DNA of 64,000 nt from the human T2T-CHM13v2.0 reference genome, Homo sapiens: assembly GCF_009914755.1 (NCBI RefSeq), contig NC_060929.1. The stretch is one strand, 5' to 3'. The stretch's first letter is position 1. Each line of letters starts with the position of its first letter. The notes under the pieces were generated by a model. The model saw nothing but the letters and a program-made list of their open reading frames with translations, had not been told where the DNA came from and ran no database searches. This document shows positions 1 to 12,145 of this stretch, one piece after another. Made by a program: the position numbers and the translations under genes.

Positions 1-296
1 TTTTAATGAGGAATAAAGCCTTTACTTCACATCAGTTCCAAGCCCAAATTCTTCCCGCCTGATCCCTTAAATGCATGTTGTGATACATCTAGCAGATAAA
101 GCTGATAAACCTGTAAAGTCTGCTGGGCCAGAAAATATAGAAACATCATCAGCTCTCTAGCTTGAGCTCACCAAAATGAATATTCCCCAAATGTAGCCTC
201 TGCACAAAAGCAACTGTCTTAATTGCCTGCCTGTGACCAAGGAAATGTAACTAGAAAATTATATATATAGAACTGCCCTTATTCCTACTTCACATT

Positions 297-571
297 TTCA
301 TTTACTCACTAATGCATTCCAAAAATGTCTATTGAGCCCCAACTATGTGTCAAAAACAGTCTCAAGTATTCAGCAACAATCACGTTTGCTGAGTATTTCC
401 TATGTGACAAGAATGTGCTAAAGACATCATAGGCATTAACTCATGTGATCATCACAGCACCCTCTGAGGTAGGTATTGCTGTTCTCCTTATCTTGTCAAT
501 GAGGAAACTAGGACACAAATAAGTTAAGCAAATTTCCCAAGGTCACACAGATAATAAAGGAAAGAATTAGA
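297..571 (-). mobile_element. L2 3' end plus MIR fragment
   Basis: L2 tail-like cattccaaaaatgtctattgagccccaactatgtgtc, then MIR core atgaggaaactagg...cccaaggtcacacag. Confidence 0.7.
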
Positions 572-855
572 AGTTTTTTGGGAGATAGTTGTTAGATGAA
601 GGAAGAAATTTAACAATGATGATCAATACTTCCAAGCATTTTCTAGACTTTGATCAAGTATGCAAACCTATTATAGGTAGCAATTGAAGAATAAAAATGT
701 TCTTTGCTGTCAGAAGACCTAGATTCTTCAAAACACACCTTCTGCAACTTGTTAGTGAGCCCTAGCTTTGGTCTACTTCAGCGGATTCCAGACTTCTCAG
801 ATCAAGGACCTCCTGTAAGTTTAAAAAATAAACCCATTTTGCACATTACTAATAA

Positions 856-1226
<371 letters not shown>

Positions 1227-1399
1227 TTAAAATTTATATTTAATCAATGAATGAGTTAATTACTGTAACATAACCGTAACATAACATATACTATAACATA
1301 TGACTAAATACTAGTCAGTCCAAAAACATTAAGCACTTGACATCTACATACAGACTTTTTGCAATAACTCTACATTACCCTGAAGATCCGTGGAGCTAT

Positions 1400-1510
1400 A
1401 GGACTTCAGCCGAATCCTTTACTCTGTCTGAGCTGTAGTTTCCTCATCTCTAAAGTAGGGATAATAAGAGCTGTTATTTCTTCAAAGTATCTGAGAGAAT
1501 TAATGTGAGA
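1400..1510 (+). mobile_element. MIR fragment
   Basis: agtttcctcatctctaaagtagggataataa core. Confidence 0.7.
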
Positions 1511-2419
1511 CCAGCAAGAATTTGGAGGGCCTCTTGTCCTAGAAAGTACAAACATCATTTAAAATACAGTTCCTGACAAATACAGTTCTGATGCAGTTAA
1601 GAAGAGCAGACAGACATGAAAGAATTATTAAGCAGAGCAACCACTAAACTGAACTGTGCCTTCTAGAATCCAGTTCTAAAATGTGATCTGATCATGAAAA
1701 GGAGTCTGCTATCACCTTATACACACAGGGGAAATTCAGCTCCTTTAAAAGCTGTCAGAGATTTTTTTTTTTTTTTTTTGGTGTCAGGAGGGCTACTATC
1801 CATGACTGAGACACTTGAAGTGACAGGGATTCACAGATAATTGTCTGGATTTAGATAAAACCCTTGCTTCTGCACTGAGACTGAAGTTGGGAAACAGGGG
1901 CGTGCACATATCATGGTAATTAGAGGTGTTTGGTTTGGTTTCGTTTGATTTGAAGCAGCAACTCATTTTTGTCGAATGACTACTATGGCAAGGAGGTTAT
2001 GCAATTGTCCCCATATTAATATTTAATAATATTCTAATCCAAATGTAATTTAAGGCACATTTATCATGTAAACTGAAACTCACTGTAACTTAACTGGCTC
2101 AACCCCCCGCATAATGTCACAATCTTGTAGTTTTACAGCTTGCCTTCACATTTTCAGGAGGAAATTGACTCCAGGGGATGGAATCTTGGAAGAAGTTTCT
2201 TGAAGAAGTTTCCCTCATTGATGTTGGCTTGTGGGGAGCAGAATTTACTCCAGCCTCTCCCTTTGGGTTGTTGCATGAAAAAATAAGCCATTTCATCACT
2301 GCCAGGGCTCCCAGTTCACAGTGGTAAAGAATATACAACCTGTTAACTTACACGCCTTTCTTTTCCCCACTCCCAGGAAAGCTCCTGGTCCCATGAGTAG
2401 GGGAGTTCAGATTAATAAT

Positions 2420-2630
2420 TAAAAGGGGCTAATCGTTTATTGAATATTACTAATTACATGAATTATCACTCTTAATTCCTACCCAAAGAGGGGATGCTAT
2501 TTTATACCTGTCATACAGATGAAGAAACCGCACAGGTGAACTCCCCATGGTCATGCTGTTAGCAAGCAAGGTGGCTGGGGTTTCATCTCAAGCAGCTGCC
2601 CCTAGGACGTGGTTGTAACTGCTCCTGTAT
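2420..2630 (-). mobile_element. MIR fragment
   Basis: acagatgaagaaacc...cccatggtcatg core. Confidence 0.55.
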
Positions 2631-3029
2631 ACTGTCTTGTGTGTTTGCCCCTAGCTTTCTAGGCTGCCGTTTCACCATGGTTGACATATTTTACATATTT
2701 GACAAGAGAACATGGTCCCAATAAACGGAGAGTCAACTGAATGGAAAGGAACAAAGCCGTTGGTTGTGATTTTATATGTGGCATTTGGTGACATGCTGGC
2801 AGGGAAAGAACAAGAGGAATGTCGGCAGGCGAGAGATGCTCATCCTTAAAGAAATTCTCAGAGCATGGTACTTAAAATCAGAAGTATCTTTAAAGATCAA
2901 CTTTACTTTACAGATGAGAAAACAAAGGCTCAGACATTTGCCCACTATAAAAGAGCTGGTATGGCTGACCTGGGTCTCAACCACCCCACCCCACCCTGGT
3001 ACAAAAAGGAAATACAGTTAAATGTTTCC

Positions 3030-5590
3030 TTACATCCCTGTCTTCCAGCCATCCTACTCCCCTGTCCAAAGGCAAATTCTATTAGCCAGTCTATTGTATC
3101 TTTCTGGAGATATTCTATACATATGAAAAATACACTTTTTTTTTTTTACAAAAATGATAGCACTCTATAGAATTAAAGTACCTTGGCCTTTTTACTTAAC
3201 TATACAGGTTGGAGATTGCTCCCTTATCAGAACTTATAAAGCTGCCTCATTTTTTTTCAAGTTAAACAGCTTTATTGAGGTATAATTTACATGATATACA
3301 ATTCATATGTTTTAAAATATGCAGTGCGATGTGTTTTAGAAAATTTATACAGTTGTGCAACCATCCAAAAATCCAAGTTTGGAATAATTTCATCACTCCA
3401 GTAAGTTCCATTATGTCCATTAGCAGCCGATCTTGCTCCCACCCCTGGCCCCAGGAAACCACCAATCTATTTTCTGTCTCTATCGTTTTGTGCTTTTAGA
3501 AATTTCTTATAAAGAAAATCATTTGATATTTACTGTGTGTCTGGTTCCTTTAATAATATTGTGTCTGGCTTCTTTCTCTCAGTGTGATGATTTTGAGATT
3601 CATCCATTGTTTCATATGTCAATAGTTCCTTTTTATTGTTGAGTAGTATTCCATTGCATAGATAAACCAGCTTTTGCTTATCCACTCACCAATTTATGAG
3701 CCTTTGGATTGTTTCCAGTTGGGGGCATTATGAATAATGCTGCAGTGAACATTGCGTGCAAGTCTTCATGGGAACATATGATTTCAGTTTTTGAGAGTAG
3801 TTACCCAGGAGTAAAATGGCTGGGTTGTATGGTAAGCATATATTTAACTTTTTAAGAAACTACCAAACTGTTTTGCAAAGAGGTAGTACCCTTTTACATT
3901 CCTGCCAGCAACATATGGGAATTTCAGTTTCTCCACGTCCTTACCAATACTTCATATTTTCCATCTTTTTGGTTTTAGACATTTTACTGGGTGTGTAGTG
4001 ATATCTCATCATGGTTTTAGTTTGCATTTTCATAATCTAACAATATTGTATATCTTTGATGTGCTGATTTGCCATTTCTATATCTTTTTTAAGTATTTAT
4101 TCAAAATTTGTGTCCATTTTTAAATTGGGTTGTTTCCCTTAAGAGTTTTAAAATATGTATAAAACAAGTCCTTTATCAGATATTCTTAAAACAAGTCCTT
4201 TATCAGATATGTTTCACAAATATTTTCTCCTAGTTTGCCGCTTGTCTTTTTATTTTTATAACGGTATCTTTTTCTTGAAGAGCAAAAGTCTTTAATTTTG
4301 ATAAAGTCTAATTTATTAATGTTTTCATGTATTTCATGTTTTGCGTCGTAACTAAGAAATCTTTGCCTAAGCCAAAGTTACAAAGATTTTCTCCTGTGTT
4401 TCCCTATAGAAATATTAAAGTTCTAACACTTACATTCAGGCCTATGATCTACTCCAAGTTAATACATGTGTATAGTGTGAGATAAGAGCCAAAGTTCATT
4501 TTTTCTTTTGTTACAGATATGGAATCGTTTCAGTACCATTTGTTTAAAAGACTATTTTCCCCTCATTGACACCTTTGTCAAATCAATTGAACATATACTG
4601 AGAGTCCATTTCTGGACTCTATTATGTTCCCTCATTTAGTAGGTCTGCACAATATTCCATTGTACAGATGCCCTGTACTAATTTAACCAGTCTGTTATTA
4701 ATGGACAATTGTGCTATTTCTAATTATTTTCTGTCCAAATAATGCTGTGGCAGATACATTGCATTGTAGGTATGTCTTTTTACATCTTATTTATATAGGA
4801 TAAATTCAAGAGGAGTCAATGTTACATTTTGATAGACATTCACAAATTGCTGTCTGTAGATGTTCTGCTAATTCAGTTACACCAGAAATATCTGAGAGCT
4901 CTCTCCAGAACCCCAGAGATAAGTGTGTTAACAAATGTTTCATCTTTGCCGATCAAGTAAATAAAAATTGGTATCTCATAGTTTTAATTTGCTTCTTCTT
5001 ATTATGAATTAAAATATCTTTTATTTTGTGCATGTTTATAAGCCAACTATATTTCATTTTATGTGAAGTATGTGTTTCATGTCATTTGCTCATTTTTCTG
5101 TTTATACTAAGCTCTTTGTGATACATGTTGCAAATGCTTCCTCCATTTTTTGTTTTGTTTGTCTTTTGGCTTTGTTTATTGAGTTTTGGCCCTGCAGAAG
5201 CTTTTTATTGTAATGCAATAAAATGCATGATAAATGTTAAGGCCTCTGCGTAAAACTAGAAAGGCCCTTCCTACTCTGCGATTCGAAAAAAAAATATCTC
5301 TACAGTTGTTATGTTTTCTTTAAGACTTTTTAAAGCAAAATTTTAAGTTCACAGTATATTTTTATTTTTAACATTTTAAGTCTTTCATCTATCTGGAATT
5401 TATTTTAATTTAAAAAATCAAGTAGGAATATAAGTTTATTTTTTTCCCAAATAGCTACCCAGTTGTCCCAATCTCATTAATTACATAATTCAACTTTCTC
5501 CGCTGATATACATGTTATTTTTATCATGTACTAAATTCCCATATACATTTTAGTTCACTGATCTGCCATCCATTCATGTGTCAGTACACA
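3030..5590 (-). mobile_element. Old L1ME-type 3' fragment interrupted by an L1MB-type fragment (~3250-4640)
   Basis: L1MB-like 3' end acagctttattgaggtataatttaca at ~3266; the older L1 sequence resumes at ~4645 (ctgcacaatattccattgtacagatg). Confidence 0.8.
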
Positions 5591-6634
5591 CACTCAATCC
5601 TCTATTCTCTGACTCCAAGTAGCATTCTTTCCTGCGTTACTCACATTCTCAAAACAACACACAGTAAGTGAATGAAGTGCTTTATGAATTGCTAGTAGTA
5701 ACACTTAAATCTTCTCTCATTTTCTCCCTGCCCCCACTAGCTAACAATATTCAAACTCTTTTTAACATCACTAAGAAAAATATAATTAGGACAGTAAATC
5801 TGTTTGGAAGTTTAAGAGATTGAACATCAGATACTACATTCTTGAGTCAAACAATTTGGGGCTAACCCATTGGCTCATAATCTTTTATAACAACCAATGA
5901 TTTTGGGTAGGCAGTGTGTGTATGTATACACAAGTGTAAGGTACATGTACCATGTACCTAGCGATAGCACTTCAGCAAACCACTGCTCCTCCCAAAATAT
6001 CCATATTGCTTGAAGAGCAAATACATTTGGCATTTTATGTCCTAATCCTTCTGAAATGGGATTTTCTCACCATTAAATGTCCTTCCCAACTGCATGTATT
6101 AAAGATGTGATGCTGAAATTTCTCTCCTAGGAGACTCAAGGGGGAAAAGAGTCAATGTCAGTCATTCTAAATAGTGGGATGTGTCTGAACATATGGAGGA
6201 TGTGAAGACACATGGAATGGGACTGCCTTCTGCAAAATGATGCAGTTTTGAGCAGAACTTTGTTACCCACAAAACTGGTGTCTCTATTCCTTCACAAACA
6301 TCCCCATTTAGATCTGAGGCCCAGGCTGCCACCAGAAGAACTCTCTGCCCCTGGAGACTTCTCCCCAGCCAGAGACAGGTGATTGTGCCATGAAATCACT
6401 GGGTGCTAGGAGGGCTGCAGACCATGTTGGAGGAAACGCCTGCTTGCCTGCTGCATCACTGATTGTTTCCTGAATATCAAGAAAGACGATGCTGGGAATA
6501 GTCCCTCCTTGCCCAGATCTCTGAAAAGCCAGGTAGGAGGTGAGATTCTGGATATGCCTGCCAGCAACCTTTCAGAACTTTTCACATATTCCTCACCCTA
6601 AGAATTCAAATTCTAGCACTTCAGGAATCCTGCC

Positions 6635-6678
6635 TTTTTTTTTTTTTTTTTTTTGAGACGGAGTCTCGCTCTGTCACC
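6635..6678 (-). mobile_element. Extremely 5'-truncated Alu (~24 nt plus T20)
   Basis: T20-gagacggagtctcgctctgtcacc between aatcctgccttt (6626) and aaccccgccttt (6679), a degenerate TSD. Confidence 0.85.
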
Positions 6679-6989
6679 AACCCCGCCTTTATAGATTAAG
6701 CATAGAACTCTTTGGTACCCTAAAAATGTTCAATATATAGATTTTTTAGGATAATGCTAGAAGACCCTTCTTTGTACTTAAAAAAGAAAAAAACAACTGA
6801 AAAAGTTCTCTGGAAGTAGGGGTGAGAGGAGGAAATTCCACCGTGTCGTGGGAAAGAAAATGCCTGAACTAGAAAAACAGCAAGAAACAAGTGGTGGACA
6901 CTATGGAGGTAGGCGTTCCATTAAACAGCGCTGAAAACCTGAAATTCCTCATCTCCCTGCACTTTCCATGGAAGGTGGCCAGAGGGCCT

Positions 6990-7410
6990 CAGTCACGGGA
7001 GAGATGCCATGGGCTCCATCCAGGCAGAGGCCCCATTTTGTCCAGGCTTCAGCAAACCAGAGGCGATTCCGGTCCTCTCCCTCGCTCTCTTCCGGCGCTG
7101 CTTCCTTCCCCCACCCCTCCAACAATAGTCTCCTCTTGATTTCTGTTCCAAGAGAGAACGGTGAGTCCCCAGTGCAAAGGAAACTCTAAGGATTCTTTCC
7201 ACAGAGTTTTCTCACTGGGAAGAGGGAGGCGTGTGGACTGGCGTCTCCTCTTTGGCTGTGATGCTGGAGAAGCGGGTCCTCCCTTTCTCCCTGAGGAAGA
7301 CACAGGGCAGACAGCAAGATTTCTCATCCTTATTCTCAAGCATTCAAAGGAAGAAAGCGGCAGAGTACGTTTTCTTCCTGGAAGAACTCTGCGGTGCCCT
7401 AATGCGTGCA
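6990..7410 (+). promoter_or_regulatory. CpG-enriched candidate promoter/first exon
   Basis: Local CpG excess, two ttccgg ETS-like cores, consensus donor aacg|gtgagt at 7160/7161. Confidence 0.35.
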
Positions 7411-7894
7411 CTATGGTTTTAAATGTTTTTTTCAAGCTACTGAAAAAAGCTAAACTATTTTTTAGGGTAATCTGCCTGAAATACTCATCACTACCCTCCC
7501 TGGGGGCTTCCTTACCCTGAGCCAGCAGCTTGAATAATAAGCAGAGCCTTGGTCCCCTCTTCAGCTTTGTTAGATCTGGGGAAAGGCCTAGAAATCTGCC
7601 CCAGGTAACTCTGATGATTGGTGCTCAGAAAGCACCTGAAAATAATACCCTCGCCCTTTCTGAGAGTGCTAGGATCCCATGATATGGAGTTAACTTCATG
7701 GGAGAGATCACAGAAATCATGCCTACTGTTGCTCAGAGCTGAATAGATTGGAGACTTGTCCAGTAATGCCACTATTTAATAGGGAGGTATGTTGTCTTGG
7801 ACAAGGTCAAAGTTAACAAATGGCTTTGTAACTCCTTGGAATAGAGTCCTACATTCCCTGATCAATCTGTGTGCAACAGTCCAAAACCATAAGG

Positions 7895-8055
7895 CAGTGC
7901 TGCTCAGACTTGAATGTGCAACTGGTCACTTGGAGATCTTGTTAAAATGCTGATTCTGATTCAGTTGATCTGCAGTGGAGCTGGGATTTATTCTGCATTT
8001 CTAACAAGCTCCTAGGTGGTGCCATGGTGTTGGTCTTTGGACCCCATTTGAAGGC
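7895..8055. mobile_element. MER5-family hAT-Charlie MITE
   Basis: cagtgctgctcagactt...gatcttgttaaaatgctgattctgattcag...tgcatttctaacaagctcc. Confidence 0.85.
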
Positions 8056-9259
8056 TACTACCTTAAAGGATACATATTTGTTTTAAAGAAATTATTAGCT
8101 ACAGATGACACTTTTTCCTTATAAGGAAACTGAAAACAAGCAACATTAATTTACTGACCTTGAGCAAATCACGTACTTTCTGTAGTTTATCTGTTAAACA
8201 AGGTGGTTGCCTTTCTTCAGCTCTAAGATGAGGAGAATAAGGCACGTACTTGAGAATGGGGTAAGTGAAATGAAGTATCTAAAGTTCTGAGGAGGCCCCA
8301 AACCTAGTAATGACTCCTCCATAATTGTTGGCGCTGGTGGTGGCAGTGCCGTTGTTGGTAAATCACTCTCCCATTTAGTATCAGTGGCCATCAAAGAATG
8401 AGGTCAGAGTGGGGCCATAATCTATCAAAGGAATATAGGAGAATTGCCCAGTATTCTCTTTGTGTGCCCTGGTACTTGACACTAAAGAGAGATTCTATCA
8501 ATGTTAATAGAGAGTGCCTTTTCAGTTTCTACTCCAATTAACAGACACCTAGAACCCCAATGTTGTTAAATGTAAAAAGCATCATCCAAAATCCCAACTT
8601 TTGTTACTAGGTGTTTAGATTTGCCACTTTAAATTTGCCAAATAAGTATAAAACTGACTCGATCCAGTGGTTTTGGCCTTCTTCAATTGGCTTGAATTAA
8701 AGAAAGGAAAGGGTATTGTGCTCAACAAGGGTATCACATTTCTCTCCCTGAATTTACCCCATGGTGTTTTGTCAATTCAGCCCAAGTGGCATTCCTTTAG
8801 CTTGGATTCACAGCCTTTGCCTATAACAAACCAGAGAGCTGAACACTTCCTACAAGGCTGGATCCTGGCTCACAGCTCTTTTAGTCAAGGAAAAACAAAT
8901 GACCGTTCTCTGTCTCGCCAAAAACAATTTGCAAACCCATCATCTGCCCAGAAAATAAATGGAAAATAAAATGCAACAACAGTGTTTTCTGTGTATCTAT
9001 CTGATAAATGTTAATTTCCCATGAACAAATGGGTGGGGGTGCTTGCCAAGATGACATTTTAATACACATGTAGCAGCCCCATGCACACAACAGCAGAACA
9101 AGCCCATATAGTTCCAGTCAATTCAGGTGAGGGATAAATCCATCAAGCTGGCAGTTTGGCATTGTCTAGACTCCAAAAAAGTTTGACTAACTTTTTTTTT
9201 TCAAATTAATGGCTTCATTTGGCATTGTATAAAGATAGCATCTTTCATTCTACAGCCCA

Positions 9260-9390
9260 CTGATTCATTAACTCATCTATTTAACAAATATTTATTGTGC
9301 ATCTATGACAGGCTCTGTGCTATTGTAGGCCCTGGGCAGACAGCAGTGGACAAAACAAAGTCCCTGTCCTCATGCTGCTTCCTTTCTTGT
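9260..9390 (-). mobile_element. L2 3' end
   Basis: tttaacaaatatttattgtgc...aacaaagtccctgtcctcatg. Confidence 0.8.
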
Positions 9391-9993
9391 GAACTTATGT
9401 ATTACACATAACGCTGGATGAAGACATGTTCTTATTCTTTTATGTAAATACCATTGTTTTATGTAAATGTATTTGGTTTTTGAATAGTCTAAAAGAACAG
9501 CCTTCATTAGGCTAGTTGTTTCTGAGGGTGCACATTAAAATTATTTGCTGTCTCTATGTTCCTGTCAGAGGGAGATCTGTGTCCATTGCTGCTTTATTTC
9601 ATTATCCATATAAACATATAAGAAAAAAATGAGTGATTTAGGTAAAAACTCAATCAGGAAATTTAGAACAACTTTTTCTATAAGGTTTATATTTTCCTTA
9701 TAATTGAAGCATACAATATGACCTGTGAATGCTGATTTTTCAAACACCATTATCAATCTTTTTGCCTTTCTACATCACCATTAAATTAGGGACAAGGATC
9801 TAACTTGTAAAATAGGCTCATCACAGCACACGTTGTAAAAAAATAAGAAACAAAACCTTATGAGATAGAATCTACTAATATTTTTTAAAGGGAATAGAAA
9901 AAGCTTAGTATCTGTGTTTTTCTTGATTAACAAATACATGCTCACTCTAAGATGCAAATAATATAGAAATGGATAAATCAAAAAGTGCTATTC

Positions 9994-10302
<309 letters not shown>

Positions 10303-10682
10303 TTATAATGTTTACAGATCTAAGTAATTGATCTTGTGATTTACATATGGTTCTAGAACACTGATCATTATCATCAGATTGCTCAACCGGCTAGGACATT
10401 CCTTATTCCATAATACTAATAGCTTCTAAAATAACATTTGATATACTCAGAACTATCTTCTAGAGAGAACATCCAGTGCTGAATAGGAATTCCATTTAAA
10501 AGCATGGCTCTTAAAACGAGCATTTACAGTTAATGTTAATGCCACCCAGAAGAAGACGGAGCAAGACACTGACCATCTGTTTTGGAGAATCACAGCATGT
10601 CAGCAAAAGGGTCTCACAGATCATCCCATGAAGTGGGCAGGGCAGGAGGAGACTATAAACAAGCCCGTAGGTGAATTCTAAT

Positions 10683-10709
10683 ACACACACACACACACAC
10701 ACACGCACA
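10683..10709. repeat. (CA)n microsatellite
   Basis: Seen directly. Confidence 0.95.
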
Positions 10710-10724
10710 CCTCGAAAATTACTT

Positions 10725-10870
10725 ATTTATCCCATTTTGTCATTTCACAGATGAGAAAATTGAGATCCAAGCAAGTAAAGCAACCTGTCAAGTCATGCAT
10801 ATAGGAAATGCAGAGATTGGATGAGAACAGCAGTGTTCTGACTCCCAATCTGGTCTTTTTCTACTCCACC
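10725..10870 (-). mobile_element. MIR
   Basis: catttcacagatgagaaaattgag...ctgactcccaa. Confidence 0.7.
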
Positions 10871-11181
10871 AAGCCACATGAGAGGGCACCTTTTGCACGT
10901 TAGTGCAGAACAACTCAGCTTCGATTTGTCCCTAAGGTTAAGTGTCCAAACATGTCTCTGTTGTTTCACAAGCTCTCAGTCTAACAAAAGGACCTGAATG
11001 GCTTTGGTTATTGGTGGTAGATTTTTTGTTATTCTTGCTGTTGTGTGTTTTGCTTTTGGAAAGTGGAGAGAAATTTAACTAAGACCTAAGTAAAAGTATC
11101 ATTATTACTTGACAAACTAACGGTCATACAGGTTTTAAAGTTTAGAGTGAAAGAAAAATAGCAGTTGGATCAATCAGGCAC

Positions 11182-11270
11182 CACACACACACATGCACAC
11201 ACGCATGCACACACGCACGCACACACACATGCGCACACACACACGCGTGCATGCACACACACACGCACAC
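11182..11270. repeat. Composite CA/CG/TG repeat with unbroken pyrimidine-purine alternation
   Basis: About 89 bp, seen directly. Confidence 0.95.
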
Positions 11271-11914
11271 CCATGGTGATATATAGTGTTCTGTTTCTCT
11301 GTGTGAAGGTGAGTGGCTCACTGTTACAATGTTTGAGGAGAGAGAACCCCAAGTGTGCTCAGCCCTGGGCAGGAGGAGAATGTGTCACTTTAAGTCCTTT
11401 CCTCTTTAGCTGAGTCATGGTACAACCACGATGGTCTCCAAAAAAAGTGTCTCCAGCCCTCCACAACCAGGGAAAAGGTCACCAATAACACAGAGCTCAA
11501 GCAGTTGGGGAAGTGGGTGAAAGGGAGAATAAAATGTCCACAATATAACTGAACTCTCTTTGCACGTTCATCTAAGTTGAAAACTTTTATCCCGAGACAA
11601 ACTTTCCCCTGCATTGAGCTGTTTTGAATACAGCTGCATTCAGTGAAGCTAAATCTGCCATTTCTGCCATTCGTGAAGATGAATATCAATACATTAAACT
11701 CTACACTCTTTTATTTTATAAGAATTTAGAATTCAGAATATCTTCACTCAGTGTGTGCCCAACTCTAAAGCTGTGAGGAATAATATCTGCTCTGATAGAT
11801 CCTTGGTATAGTATTAAGCAAGAATAATGACACAAATTATAGGAGACTCATTCTGTTCTCTGTACTAACAAAATACAGTACTCTTCAGTGTTAATATATG
11901 ACCCTTAAAAAATA

Positions 11915-12145
11915 TATAACTGACACTGATTGACTCCTACTACTTGCCAAACATTATGTTAAGTGTTTTATGCCGATAGTTGTATTTAATTCTCACAACT
12001 CCATTATGTTGATGCAATTTTACATTTGGGGACACTGAGATTTAGAGCAGTTAAGTACCTGCCCCGAGGCCCATAAACAGTAGGCAACGAAGCTGAAATT
12101 CAAACCAAAAGTAGTACAACAACAGAGACTGTGCTCTACTCACTC
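11915..12145 (-). mobile_element. MIR
   Basis: tttaattctcacaac...actgagatttagagcagttaagtacctgccc. Confidence 0.75.

Noticed and set aside
9123-9143. Match tcaggtgagggataaatccat with ~41078 as a further duplication anchor
   Set aside because: It is colinear, but the flanks do not align by eye and it could be chance, so it was not counted.
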